Virus record (IMG/VR): IMGVR_UViG_3300045988_151696
Span: 1-32,402 of that record
Length of the DNA stretch: 32,402 bases
Reading direction: 5' to 3' (one strand)
Source: a virus
Each line of letters begins with the position of its first letter. Position 1 is the first letter of the stretch. The translations under genes were made by a program, and so were the position numbers. The notes under the pieces were generated by a model. The model did no database searches, was not told the origin of the DNA, and worked only from the letters and a program-made list of their open reading frames with translations. Positions 9,301 to 17,602 of the stretch are shown here, piece by piece.

Positions 9301-9383
9301 CTTTTAAGCGCGTCTCCGAGTTTCTTTGTGTCGGCGCCGATCTCGATGGTTAATCCTTTAATCTTTGTCTTGTCTGCCGCCAT
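6306..9383 (-). CDS. Tail tape measure protein, about 1025 aa.
   Basis: Long coiled-coil N- and C-terminal regions and a central hydrophobic segment (NPIGAVITAIALLVAGIAVLCV) are present. The position after G/G-T is as expected. ATG at 9383 has RBS AAAGGAG; the track start at 9434 is TTG. Confidence 0.85.
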   Translation of the reverse strand: MAADKTKIKGLTIEIGADTKKLGDALKSVWDKSASLSGELKNVNKLLKLDPTNTELLAQKQKILAEAVSNSAEEVEMLREAEKNAAEQLKRGDIGEETFRSLQRETIKAEQNLRKLEKEAADVAKKINDLGDESNKASEKIKDVDEKSEKAEKGLSKLDVAVGTLAGNLASKLVSAIGNCISGLSSLAQETQEYREDIGKLETAFQSANLSTELATKTYKDFYSVLGEEDRSIEAVNHLAKFVSTEKDMATWTDICTGIWGTFGDSLPIEGLTEAANETAKTGELTGVLTDALNWASAAGETFGVRLKANTKANEEYNKKVTEAKSAEDFFKIALSELSTEQERSAFITETLNELYADAAQKYRDNNAGIIEARKATSEYTDAQAALGAAMEPVQTKLTALKASFVKEFTPQLKKQVIPAVQNFITTLEKNSTIKKFSESLANIAKKVLPVVANALSFVVENLESLINITFSVVAAFAALNAAMKVTSAVTAVTTAVKGLTAGVGLATKAQVLWNAAMSANPIGAVITAIALLVAGIAVLCVSLGEEKTETEKLTEAEKEHYDALSETAKAYDEAKQAAMEKAEAELSSLAQTERLYQELLRLTDANGKVKESDQARVQFIISQLNDALDLEIQMIDGVVAGYEKIPGAIEKAIAAEKARIMLQPYLEAYSAAVQKVSKTEEEYKKYALLTSEAWDELVEKSKKYEEALERYNNAGWSRREREEASDALAQAKKDWEDISELYDKRDRITRTLEADLKKYNDDISKYEKAKTLLLEGKTNEAINILAQYNKGITITAAATEKAVKEQREAAKKEYLELEAVLARMEEKYKDTEASMTAEQKKQADERIKEVKSQIVEAKDKYQELGKNMVEGIAAGIQSKHYALAPPITAFVNEAVRAAKQAAQIKSPSKVFRDEVGKFLALGIADGITGETEELKRRAREQIAEIKNAYNADGQTRMNIVTSYESSALSDYSRIEAKLDTLAEILIGSQKQSIYLDGRVLVGETIDDIDERLGERRALAEGGVF

Positions 9384-9675
9384 CTTTGATTTTCTCCTTT
9401 GTTCCGAATTTTTTGCGCAACCCTTCGCGGTCAATGTCTGTCTGCTGTAAGCGCCATGCTGTTTTCAGATATTCCGTTCCCTTGTCTGTGCGTTCAAGCC
9501 TATCTATATAAGCATCCCTGCGAAGCACAAGAAAATCAACTATATCAAGGCTGTCGATCTCTCGGAACGACAGCCTTGAATAGTCGGACACGATTTTCTT
9601 CCAAACAGTCGTTACCTCAAACCCGTGTCCCGCATCGTCTCCGTCATGCGGAGCGTGCGGGAGTATCAGTTTTTT
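9358..9675 (-). CDS. T segment of a tail assembly chaperone G-T fusion, reached by a programmed -1 frameshift. The slippery heptamer A_AAA_AAC lies at 9675..9669 on the minus strand.
   Basis: The -1 frame relative to G is open from at least 9729 down to the stop at 9358. The heptamer (aca|aaa|aac in the G frame) lies immediately before the G stop codon TGA at 9668..9666. The ORF overlaps the start of the tape measure gene. Confidence 0.5.
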   Translation of the reverse strand, partial: KKLILPHAPHDGDDAGHGFEVTTVWKKIVSDYSRLSFREIDSLDIVDFLVLRRDAYIDRLERTDKGTEYLKTAWRLQQTDIDREGLRKKFGTKEKIKDGGRQDKD

Positions 9676-10004
9676 GTTTGGGTGTTTTCTTTTACGAAGG
9701 TTGTATACTCCGTAAAAAAGACTATGAGGTCTTCGGCAGTAAGTCCGAAAGAATCGCCGATTTCCTCTCCCGAAATCTCGTAGAGATCCTTGTTGTTCGA
9801 TATGAGGATTGCCGCAAGCGCACGCGCTTTTTCAAGCGCATCATGATCGTCTGATATGTGTTCGAGAATGTCAGCGTTTTTTTGTAGTTTTTCGAATATC
9901 TCAACCGTAGGTAGTTTTACCCGAAACAAGGTTTGTTTTTTGTCGCGCATAAGAACGGGCATTTCCGGCTGCGTGAGTTTGTTAAAATCGAGAATGGCTC
10001 TCAT
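9666..10004 (-). CDS. Tail assembly chaperone (gpG-like), 112 aa.
   Basis: The gene lies between the major tail protein and the tape measure. ATG at 10004 has a perfect RBS AAAGGAG. The track start at 10067 is TTG. The gene ends at the slippery site. Confidence 0.55.
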   Translation of the reverse strand: MRAILDFNKLTQPEMPVLMRDKKQTLFRVKLPTVEIFEKLQKNADILEHISDDHDALEKARALAAILISNNKDLYEISGEEIGDSFGLTAEDLIVFFTEYTTFVKENTQTKN

Positions 10005-10063
10005 TTTTTTATTCTCCTTTTTCGTGCGCGCTGTGTGCTTACTGCCACTTTTGCGCTCACCTT

Positions 10064-10633
10064 TCAAACAGACTGATCTTGCCCAGGTGTCCCGCTCGGA
10101 ATCTCTTCAATGAACTGGACGAGAGTTCCGTCGTCATCCTGCGGAACAGCCGTAAATTCGGGGTCAACCTGCGAGCCTGCGGTCATAGAAAACGAAAGTG
10201 ACAGCCCTGCTGTGTTTCTGCCTACAATCATAATCCAAACATCGCCATCCTCTTTATCTTCGTGGTGGAAGCAAACGACGTAGTTCTTGTTTTTACCGTG
10301 CGGTGCACCGCCTATTTTAAGGGTTCGCTTTCCATCCTTTTCAGATACTGCGGCACGGTCGGTGAGTTTGGACAGAGTATTGCCGTTCCATGTTATCAAT
10401 CCGAGTTTCAACTTCGCCTCTTCCTCTGTGGTGATGATCTTCATTACTTTACCGAGGTCATCTTTTTCCGTATAAGTGTTCTCTGTGTAAGTAAGGGCGG
10501 CACCTCCCTTAATCCATCCTAAAAGATTTCCCTCTGCGCAAATAGCAGTAAGTTCCGGCAGGGTTCCGGAAAACTCCATCATATACGCTTTGCCGCTGCC
10601 GAGGGTAATCACGTCTGAATCACGTTTACTCAT
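10064..10633 (-). CDS. Major tail protein.
   Basis: It is 189 aa and sits upstream of G/G-T and the tape measure. It has a strong RBS AAAGGAG and a composition typical of TP901-1/phi13-type major tail proteins. Confidence 0.65.
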   Translation of the reverse strand: MSKRDSDVITLGSGKAYMMEFSGTLPELTAICAEGNLLGWIKGGAALTYTENTYTEKDDLGKVMKIITTEEEAKLKLGLITWNGNTLSKLTDRAAVSEKDGKRTLKIGGAPHGKNKNYVVCFHHEDKEDGDVWIMIVGRNTAGLSLSFSMTAGSQVDPEFTAVPQDDDGTLVQFIEEIPSGTPGQDQSV

Positions 10634-10638
10634 TGTTT

Positions 10639-10980
10639 TTAATCTCCTTTTTTCGTGTATAAATCAAAAGTATAAGAAACATAGATGAGACTTTCGTCTT
10701 CTATTTCTCCGATATATTTAGTCCATTCGTAAGGCGCTATAACATCTTCAACAACCTCTTCGCTTTCATAGTCGCGGGTGTCTGCGTATAGCTCAACTGT
10801 AACGGTGCTTTGTTTTGCGAGAACCTTTTCATCAGCTCCGAACCCCTCCTCAACCTCGACAAACCACACGATATACGGCGGAGAGGGGATAGAACGATCC
10901 TTATATTCGTTCCAACGACGCTCTGTAAACGGGATATTCGTCTTGGCGAGAAGAGCCTCGATTATGTTTTTAACTTTCAT
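10639..10980 (-). CDS. Tail terminator / tail completion protein candidate.
   Basis: It is 113 aa and lies between the gp10-like gene and the major tail gene, with an ATGA overlap on the upstream stop. Confidence 0.4.
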   Translation of the reverse strand: MKVKNIIEALLAKTNIPFTERRWNEYKDRSIPSPPYIVWFVEVEEGFGADEKVLAKQSTVTVELYADTRDYESEEVVEDVIAPYEWTKYIGEIEDESLIYVSYTFDLYTKKGD

Positions 10981-11411
10981 TTTTTGATAATCCTCTCGAC
11001 ATCATGATTAAGCTTTGCTTGCGCTCGCAGTTCGACGACCTTCATGTGCGGGTGAGGTGATGCTTGTCCTACGACTTTGCCATTTCTGACGATGTTATGT
11101 CCCTTTTCGAGGAGGTGTACAAGTTGATATTCCGTTTTTGAATATATCTTGACTTCTCTCGAAAAAATATCATCCTTAACGACGGACAACTCTAAACTCT
11201 TGCGGTATTTTCCGTGAGCTCGGCTTTTGCCTCTTCTTCGGGATTTTCCTTTTCCTGTCGGAGCAATCGCACGGACCTCCCGAAGAGCATAGTTGCCTGC
11301 ATCGCTTACCGCATCCTTAACTTCTTTCGTCAATCGATCGCTGTACAGTTGCAAAGTGTCGGAAAGTGCATCGGAAAAATCTTCCGGCTTGATAGTTATC
11401 CATTCACTCAT
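10977..11411 (-). CDS. HK97 gp10-family head-tail joining protein.
   Basis: The HLLEKGH motif and the context (EVRAIAPTGKGK, VGQASPHPHM) are typical of the gp10 family. The start was chosen at ATG 11411, one nt after the upstream TGA. The track start at 11564 would overlap the upstream gene by 150 nt. Confidence 0.6.
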   Translation of the reverse strand: MSEWITIKPEDFSDALSDTLQLYSDRLTKEVKDAVSDAGNYALREVRAIAPTGKGKSRRRGKSRAHGKYRKSLELSVVKDDIFSREVKIYSKTEYQLVHLLEKGHNIVRNGKVVGQASPHPHMKVVELRAQAKLNHDVERIIKK

Positions 11412-11412
11412 A

Positions 11413-11709
11413 TCACGTCCGTACACCGACTTTTTTATGCAGATAAAGCTCGGTATCACCATCATCACGGTCGTATGTGCGATATATGGTGAAACGCCCA
11501 TTTCGCGGCATATATGACGGTATATCAACTCTTTGCTGTTCGTCATATTCGTTTGTGTTAACAATTACGACAAGTTCAGGTTTTAATCCTGTTTGAGCCG
11601 CAGAGAAGAACTCATTTCTGCCAACGCTCTTAACCTCGGCATAAACTTCCGTCTTTATTTCTTTCCCTGTCGAAAGAATATCAACAAGCGTTACAACATC
11701 ATTCTTCAT
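11413..11709 (-). CDS. Head closure / head-tail adaptor protein (SPP1 gp16-like).
   Basis: It is 98 aa and lies between the connector and the gp10-like gene. The pattern ...EVKSV...IYRTYD...ELYL resembles the Phage_H_T_join family. Confidence 0.5.
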   Translation of the reverse strand: MKNDVVTLVDILSTGKEIKTEVYAEVKSVGRNEFFSAAQTGLKPELVVIVNTNEYDEQQRVDIPSYMPRNGRFTIYRTYDRDDGDTELYLHKKVGVRT

Positions 11710-11986
11710 AGCGGTAGTCTCCGGATAGTGTCATTGACGCTTTTAGTGCGTCATAGGCTTTTTGCAGCCGCTCCGCCCGTGTTTCGTCGTTTGCATACTG
11801 TATTCTGCACCAAATTACACACGCCTGTCTTATTAGCGGATCAGTATCGTCTTTTTTGTCTGTGACGCCCGACATCCGAAGATCCGCAAGGCAGGCAGTA
11901 ACCTGCCTTGCGATATCAGCGTCAAGCATGTCATGTCGAATACGAAGCCCCGTTTTAACAGCGGCGATAGTTTCTGTATTAGCCAC
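11699..11986 (-). CDS. gp6-like head-tail connector protein.
   Basis: It is 95 aa and lies immediately after the major capsid gene. It carries the LDADIARQV..LADLRM motif typical of the Phage_connect_1 family. The start codon is GTG. Confidence 0.5.
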   Translation of the reverse strand: MANTETIAAVKTGLRIRHDMLDADIARQVTACLADLRMSGVTDKKDDTDPLIRQACVIWCRIQYANDETRAERLQKAYDALKASMTLSGDYRYEE

Positions 11987-12004
11987 GATTATTCATCCTG
12001 CCTT

Positions 12005-13174
12005 TTAGGAGCCCTGCGCGATGGTAAGGAAGGTGAATCCGTTCTTATACGTTACGGCGCCTCCGAGCTGCGTGTCTCCTACGATAGTATCCATCAATTT
12101 GTTGATGGCAAAATCCGAGGAAACATTTATTTCGTAATCCGAGAAAAGGTCAAGCTCGAAGCATTGCGGGTTACCGTAGCACATCGTCTTTACAGCTGCG
12201 GTGCTTGACTGTGCCGTTCCTGCAAGGGCTGTCAGGTCATTGCAGATGCAATATCTTACAATAAGTCCTCCATCTTTGATAGTACCCGTATTCGGATTCT
12301 GCCCGTCAGGTGTAATCTCGTACACGGCTTTTTTCTCGCTCGTGCCGCGAATGTCTCCGAAGGCGATAAGGTCTTTCTTGTTCAGGAAAAGATAGCCCTC
12401 GCCGACAACGGCGTCGTCACCTCCGTGCGCGAGGGTAATCTGACGGAGGGTCTTTTCATTGATAACACCTTTTTTTGTGGTGTCAATGGTCGCCGTCACA
12501 CTTGCCGTAAGGGACGAATCTTTGAGTGCGTCCACTATGACAGCGGCAGCCTTTTTTCTCAACGAGACAAGGGACTGTGTAAGGACCTTATTTTCGTACA
12601 CAAGCGGGGATTGTTTCTTCGCCTGCTTGCTGATCGCAGAAACAACGGCTATACTTTTAGGCGTGATAGTTACGAATCCGAAGGTGGCGTCTTTTTCAGT
12701 CGCGCCAGATCCTTCGGTCTGTTCCGCTGCCGCATCCGCGTCGCTATCTATGTAAGCAACTTTGTTACTTCCCATACCCGTGCAATCCTCTGTGTGAACA
12801 AGGTCTACAATGCTTGACACGGACGCGCCGACCACGTCATTGATTCCTGAAACAGCGGTCGGTGTAGCAAGCTTACCGCTCGACACAAGCGTGCTTCTTG
12901 TTTCAACGGTCATATGTCCTGTCTTAACAAGTTCTTTCGCCCTTGCCTCTCTCGTCGGATCTGCGGCTGCGGGGGTCGGTATTACCGTACCCGCACCGTT
13001 CGCAATCGCGGAGCGAGCCTGCTGTCTCGTCTGCGCTTCGGACAAAAGCGCAGCTCTTTCCTGTGTAAGGTTGTCAACTTCTGTGCGAAGACTTGCAAGT
13101 TCATCACCCGTCGCTTTGTCGAGAAGACCCTCGATTTCCGCGAGGCGTGCATTGATTTCTTCAATTCTGTTCAT
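12005..13174 (-). CDS. HK97-fold major capsid protein with an N-terminal coiled-coil delta/scaffold domain.
   Basis: It is 389 aa. The N-terminal 60 aa form a coiled coil (RIEEINARLAEIEGLL...). The gene follows the prohead protease, and the body is Gly/Thr/Ala-rich. RBS is AAAGGAG. Confidence 0.8.
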   Translation of the reverse strand: MNRIEEINARLAEIEGLLDKATGDELASLRTEVDNLTQERAALLSEAQTRQQARSAIANGAGTVIPTPAAADPTREARAKELVKTGHMTVETRSTLVSSGKLATPTAVSGINDVVGASVSSIVDLVHTEDCTGMGSNKVAYIDSDADAAAEQTEGSGATEKDATFGFVTITPKSIAVVSAISKQAKKQSPLVYENKVLTQSLVSLRKKAAAVIVDALKDSSLTASVTATIDTTKKGVINEKTLRQITLAHGGDDAVVGEGYLFLNKKDLIAFGDIRGTSEKKAVYEITPDGQNPNTGTIKDGGLIVRYCICNDLTALAGTAQSSTAAVKTMCYGNPQCFELDLFSDYEINVSSDFAINKLMDTIVGDTQLGGAVTYKNGFTFLTIAQGS

Positions 13175-13178
13175 CGTT

Positions 13179-13814
13179 TTATTCTCCTTTGTTGATTTTA
13201 ATTTTGATTTTTATTTTTTCGCGAAGTTCCGCATTTACCTTTTCTGCCTCTCTCCGGGCATTTTCGCCGATCACTCCGTCAACAAAACTCCTGCACTTCG
13301 CTTCTACCTCGGTTCCCTCGTTCGCCGGAAAGGTGACAGGGGACACGTCGTAAACTTTTTCAACCGACCTGTGAACAATCGTTCTTGTCGGCGCGTCGTA
13401 ATAATATTCCCTCGGACGAAACATCCACGAACATTTTGTTATCATACCTGTCTTGATTTCTTCGTACATCTTGCGTCCGGATTCCGTCTTCGACAAATCA
13501 GCCGCAAAAAATAATCCGTGCTCTCTGACCTGAACGATAAGCGTGCCGTTTGAGGTTCTCGCAAAGACATGACCTCCGTGATTGAGATGCAATACAATGT
13601 CCGACATATCTGCATTGTCAAAGCAGTTTCGCTCGAACATTTCAAAAACATCTTCACCGTCTTCTGCCTTAAACAGAAGATATCTCTCAAATGTCGCGGC
13701 ATACCCCTCGATGTAGTATTCACTATCGATAAGTTTTTCTTTTATTTCAGGATTGAGCACAAGCGTTCTGACCTGTGCAAAGGACTTAAATTTTGTTTTG
13801 TCTGCCGGTGTCAT
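13179..13814 (-). CDS. HK97-family prohead protease.
   Basis: It lies between the portal and the capsid gene. ATG at 13814 overlaps the portal stop as ATGA. His and Ser motifs (HLNHGGHVFARTSNG) are present. The track start at 13907 lies inside the portal gene. Confidence 0.65.
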   Translation of the reverse strand: MTPADKTKFKSFAQVRTLVLNPEIKEKLIDSEYYIEGYAATFERYLLFKAEDGEDVFEMFERNCFDNADMSDIVLHLNHGGHVFARTSNGTLIVQVREHGLFFAADLSKTESGRKMYEEIKTGMITKCSWMFRPREYYYDAPTRTIVHRSVEKVYDVSPVTFPANEGTEVEAKCRSFVDGVIGENARREAEKVNAELREKIKIKIKINKGE

Positions 13815-14968
13815 CTTTTTTGTTCTCCTTCTTCTAACTTTTGTATCTCCGTATACTCTTTGCGGATGTAGTATAGATCCCCGTCTTCGACGTGCGGAAG
13901 ATTCCATATATCCATAATCATATTTCGGTTGAATATACCTCTATCAAACATTTGTGCGCTGACAGAGAGCTTGTCTGCATTTGTCATATATTGCAGTCGG
14001 TTACTGCTCCATACAATGGCGTTTCCTCCGCTTATCATCTGCGGAGTGTAAAACATCGAAGTCATTACCTCTGACAGCTGTATTGCAAAAGGCTCGATTT
14101 TCCCTTCGTAGTATGCACTCCAAGCATCTCCGACCGCTTTATTTTCGAGAATGTCAAGATTGCAGCCGAAATATTTGAAAGCCCGCTCCTCGATCGTCTT
14201 GACCTGTTCGGGGTCAATAATCTGCGCTTGTGACTTAATCTGCTGAACATTGTTGTATGTGTTTGGGAAAAGCAGCATTCCGCCGTCTTCGGCGGAAAAA
14301 TTTTCTTCTGTAAACCGCTTGCGCTCTTCTTTAACGTCCTTGCTTTTAGTGAGATTTGAGAGCGTCGCCATAAAGCGATACGCCGCCGAGGTCTTAATTC
14401 CTTCGGCGATACCTTGATTTTGAGTGTTGATGAGGTCCATCGTCGGTTGAAGCGCCCTGTTGTCTTCGCCTTGATAATCCGAAGTATATTGATAGTTTGT
14501 CAGGATTCCCACGCGTGACAATTCGATTGCAGCCTTTTGCCCTTTTGCGAAGGTGTATCGAAGATACTGCTGTCCTTGCTCATCCTCGACAATTTCCGTC
14601 ATCTTTGGTTGTATCGGATAGCAGCCAACGGGATTGTCGTACTTGTCAAGCAGAGGAATGAGATAACATGTGTTTGTTGCGTCAAGAATTGTTGCTACTC
14701 TGTATATGAACTGCGATGTCGTCATCCACGGATTGACTTTCGGACTTATTATTTTTTCGATTCCGAGGCTGTCTGCACCCGAAAACGATGGAGTAAGTTT
14801 TGACGCGTGTCGGGCAAAAGCACCTATACACGCCCTTGTCAACTCCATTTCGTACACACCCCCGTCAAAGGTGGTAAAAACGGGGGTGTAGCCGTTAAGC
14901 AACTCAAAATACTTAAAGAGTTGCTTTTTTTGTTTTCGTTTTCCGAAAACCATATCAAAAACACTCAT
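13811..14968 (-). CDS. Portal protein (HK97 family).
   Basis: It is 385 aa and lies directly downstream of TerL with an ATGA overlap. This is the canonical position. Confidence 0.75.
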   Translation of the reverse strand: MSVFDMVFGKRKQKKQLFKYFELLNGYTPVFTTFDGGVYEMELTRACIGAFARHASKLTPSFSGADSLGIEKIISPKVNPWMTTSQFIYRVATILDATNTCYLIPLLDKYDNPVGCYPIQPKMTEIVEDEQGQQYLRYTFAKGQKAAIELSRVGILTNYQYTSDYQGEDNRALQPTMDLINTQNQGIAEGIKTSAAYRFMATLSNLTKSKDVKEERKRFTEENFSAEDGGMLLFPNTYNNVQQIKSQAQIIDPEQVKTIEERAFKYFGCNLDILENKAVGDAWSAYYEGKIEPFAIQLSEVMTSMFYTPQMISGGNAIVWSSNRLQYMTNADKLSVSAQMFDRGIFNRNMIMDIWNLPHVEDGDLYYIRKEYTEIQKLEEGEQKR

Positions 14969-16632
14969 TCGTTGTTATCCTCATTTCTTAACCGGTCTCC
15001 GATCTGTTCGCTGTGCTTCTGTCTTACAGTCAGCGCGTCAAGCACGGCAGCGCAACCGTCAATATGTTTTCGCGACTGTATTTTTGAGATCCTACACTTA
15101 CGCGTCATCATATTCGAGATTATTGCGGTATTCATAAAATGGGAGATAAGCAGGGGATTTTGTCCGAGTTGAAGAGTTCCGTCCCGAAGAAGCCCCTCGC
15201 ACTCCCTAATAACAGGTGTTAAGTTGTCTCCCTGAAAAACATCATCCGTGTGAAAACCATACGTTTGCAGGTCCTTAATGAGATACTGTGCTGTGTATCT
15301 GTCGTAACCTATCATTTGCGGTAGAATTTCGAAGTCCTCCACAAGTCCGACGAACCATTTATAGCAATCCTCATAGTCTATGTAATTATCGCCTGACGGT
15401 GTCAAAATTCCTCGCTGAACAAACAATTCATAGGGCACGCCCTCTGCCTCTTGCAGTTCTTTGATTTTGTTTGCCGGCATAAAAAACTTTGAAAATGTGA
15501 ACAGTTTTTTATTTTGCTCGATAATCACGCAGCAACTTGTCAGGTCCGTTGTTTGCGAAAGGTCGATTCCTCCGACACAGTAAGTCTCGCGAAAGTCTTC
15601 AATAGAAAATGTTAACTCACTTGCTTTTCGAACAACACTTGCGGGCAACCATGCGACACTGCTGTTGACTTTTATGTTCCCGTACTTACATAGAAATTCA
15701 TTTTTCTTGCTTAATGATTTTTCCGCGACTATTATTTCATCGCGGTAGTAAGATTCGGGCAGAGAAACGCCCATGTTCGGATTGCTTTTTCTTAATTCCT
15801 CGATATCGTTCCATTTGTCTTCATCGTCAATTTTGTATATCAGCGGCAAAAAACGGTATTCCCGGTCTTCTTCGCCGTAAAGGAACGCAGTTGAACGCAT
15901 CATCAGTTCATCGTAGATACCGTTGTCGATATACCCGGCTGTCGAAATTGACAGTATCAGGGGCTGACGCCTTGCGCCAAGAGCTGATTTTAGCACTTCA
16001 TATTGTTTAAGTCCCGCCGCAGCGTTCCACGACGCGATCTCATCACAAATACAGCCGTGCGGATTGTATCCGTCCGATTTTTTTTCATTGAAAGCGATTT
16101 TTCGGATAATAGCCCCCGAGAAATCAATTTCGATGCCTTCTCTTGTTTTTTTGGCATGAGGGCGAAGTTCTTCCTCCGCCTTAATCATCGCATAACACCC
16201 GTCATAAACTATCGCCGCTTGATCAAGTTTAGGTGCGATACAATATATATCCGCGCCGATTTCACCGTCACAGTATGCCAAATAAAGCGCAATTCCCGAG
16301 GCAAGTAAACTCTTTCCGTTTTTTCTTGCAATAACAAGAAAAACCTCTCGAAATCTTCTGTTTCCGAAAGGATCAACAATACCGAATATCGCGGAAATAC
16401 AAGCCTTTTGCCATAATTCAAGTTTGAAGAGGTCATTTCGCCCTTTACTGTGGTGACAAAAATTTTCGATAAAGGCGATTGCCTTTTGTGCTTTGTGAAA
16501 ATTGTAAAAGCATCTGCGGTTGTCAAGATCATCAATTAAGATCTTATACACCGTTAATATGTCTTCTCCGACAGTTACCAAACCGGAAATTATCGCGTCG
16601 TAATACTCGCCGATCGCTCCGTACTTATTCAC
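14965..16632 (-). CDS. terL: Terminase large subunit.
   Basis: It is 555 aa with a Walker A-like VIARKNGKS motif and a C-terminal nuclease region. It is flanked by TerS and the portal. The start codon is GTG, overlapping the TerS end. Confidence 0.85.
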   Translation of the reverse strand: MNKYGAIGEYYDAIISGLVTVGEDILTVYKILIDDLDNRRCFYNFHKAQKAIAFIENFCHHSKGRNDLFKLELWQKACISAIFGIVDPFGNRRFREVFLVIARKNGKSLLASGIALYLAYCDGEIGADIYCIAPKLDQAAIVYDGCYAMIKAEEELRPHAKKTREGIEIDFSGAIIRKIAFNEKKSDGYNPHGCICDEIASWNAAAGLKQYEVLKSALGARRQPLILSISTAGYIDNGIYDELMMRSTAFLYGEEDREYRFLPLIYKIDDEDKWNDIEELRKSNPNMGVSLPESYYRDEIIVAEKSLSKKNEFLCKYGNIKVNSSVAWLPASVVRKASELTFSIEDFRETYCVGGIDLSQTTDLTSCCVIIEQNKKLFTFSKFFMPANKIKELQEAEGVPYELFVQRGILTPSGDNYIDYEDCYKWFVGLVEDFEILPQMIGYDRYTAQYLIKDLQTYGFHTDDVFQGDNLTPVIRECEGLLRDGTLQLGQNPLLISHFMNTAIISNMMTRKCRISKIQSRKHIDGCAAVLDALTVRQKHSEQIGDRLRNEDNNE

Positions 16633-16969
16633 GGAACATCAATTCTTCAAGTTTGCTCTTTTTCTTCGCCGCAGGGCAGAGTTCGACAAGCTGCTTAACT
16701 ATCGCGTTAAGGTTTTTAGCCATGGCGTTGTATATTTCCGTTTCCGGAGTTTTCTTAATGCCTTTTTGATTTTCTCCGTTTTGATATGCTTCGGTGTAGC
16801 CTTTTTCTGCTATGATTTTTTCAAGTTCTTCGCATGAAACCGTCATAAAAGCAGCTCTTTCAATAAGAGGCTTTATAATTTTTAATTTGTTCGGATCAAT
16901 TTCCGAAAACACTTTCCGAAGTCTGCTTTTTTCTTTTTTTATCAGGCTTTCTTTGTCTTTTTCGCTCAT
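16625..16969 (-). CDS. terS: Terminase small subunit (P27 family-like).
   Basis: The ERAAFMTVSCEELEKII...YN..AK pattern matches P27 family TerS. ATG was chosen at 16969; the track start at 17023 is GTG. Confidence 0.6.
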   Translation of the reverse strand: MSEKDKESLIKKEKSRLRKVFSEIDPNKLKIIKPLIERAAFMTVSCEELEKIIAEKGYTEAYQNGENQKGIKKTPETEIYNAMAKNLNAIVKQLVELCPAAKKKSKLEELMFRE

Positions 16970-17041
16970 TTTCAGACTACACCCCCTCTCGTCACACCTG
17001 CGGAAACTTTCGTACCTTCGCACTCGTTCATTCGGCTTTGA

Positions 17042-17422
17042 TTATTTTTCGTCCGATGGGGGGAGTATTACATTCCCTTCGTCGTCGAAAAAAAATCTCG
17101 GCGCGCCGCATTCATCGGCAGGATCTTTCTCACGGTTGTGACACGTTTGACATTCGTAACGAAAGTTCTTTTCGTTAAGCGAGATATCTTCATCGCAAAT
17201 ATTCTTCGAAGTCAACCACACGATGTGGTGAACTATGCGCCCTCGGTCGCTGTGGCAGACTTCGCACAACCCGCCGTCTATCGCTTCACGCTTTTTGATA
17301 TAAGCGTCGCGGGCACGTCGCCATGCCGGTGTTTTATAGAACCATGCTGTTCCGCTACCACGCACGCGAGCAGCCCTCCCCGTTTTATTCCGCGTGATTT
17401 CCCCAAGCCGAAAACATTTCAA
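17042..17422 (-). CDS. HNH endonuclease, the packaging-associated partner of cos-type terminases.
   Basis: CEVCHS..GRIVHHIVWL...N...CQTCHN gives the paired CxxC and H-N-H motifs. The N-terminus RGSGTAWFYKTPAWRRARDAYI resembles HK97 gp74. The start codon is non-ATG (TTG) and uncertain. Confidence 0.75.
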   Translation of the reverse strand: MKCFRLGEITRNKTGRAARVRGSGTAWFYKTPAWRRARDAYIKKREAIDGGLCEVCHSDRGRIVHHIVWLTSKNICDEDISLNEKNFRYECQTCHNREKDPADECGAPRFFFDDEGNVILPPSDEK

Positions 17423-17521
17423 ACCTATCCTGCATATTCATCGTAGATGAAAAAGTGTGCTGTTTTTAACCAACCCCATTTTCTTCACACATTTTTTACA
17501 AAAAAAAGTTACCACCCCACC

Positions 17522-17550
17522 TTGACATTGGCGTGCCAATGTGATATAAT
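17522..17550 (+). promoter_or_regulatory. Consensus promoter TTGACA-N17-TGaTATAAT with an extended -10. The spacer contains the near-palindrome TTGGCGTGCCAA.
   Basis: Both hexamers are perfect. TG lies at -15/-14. RBS AAAAAGGAG lies 12 nt before ATG 17603. Confidence 0.55.
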
Positions 17551-17602
17551 GTACTTGTGAATAAGAGAGATAAAACCCTCAAACAAAAAAGGAGATAAAA
17601 AA

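Noticed and set aside
10005-10067. Track start of the tail chaperone at 10067 and similar track starts (1776, 5665, 9434, 17023, 20943, 26385, 27410)
   Set aside because: These are TTG or GTG codons reported as Met by the ORF finder. Downstream ATGs with canonical AAAGGAGG-type RBS or ATGA coupling were preferred.
12810-13514. 234-aa plus-strand ORF
   Set aside because: It is antisense to the major capsid and protease genes.
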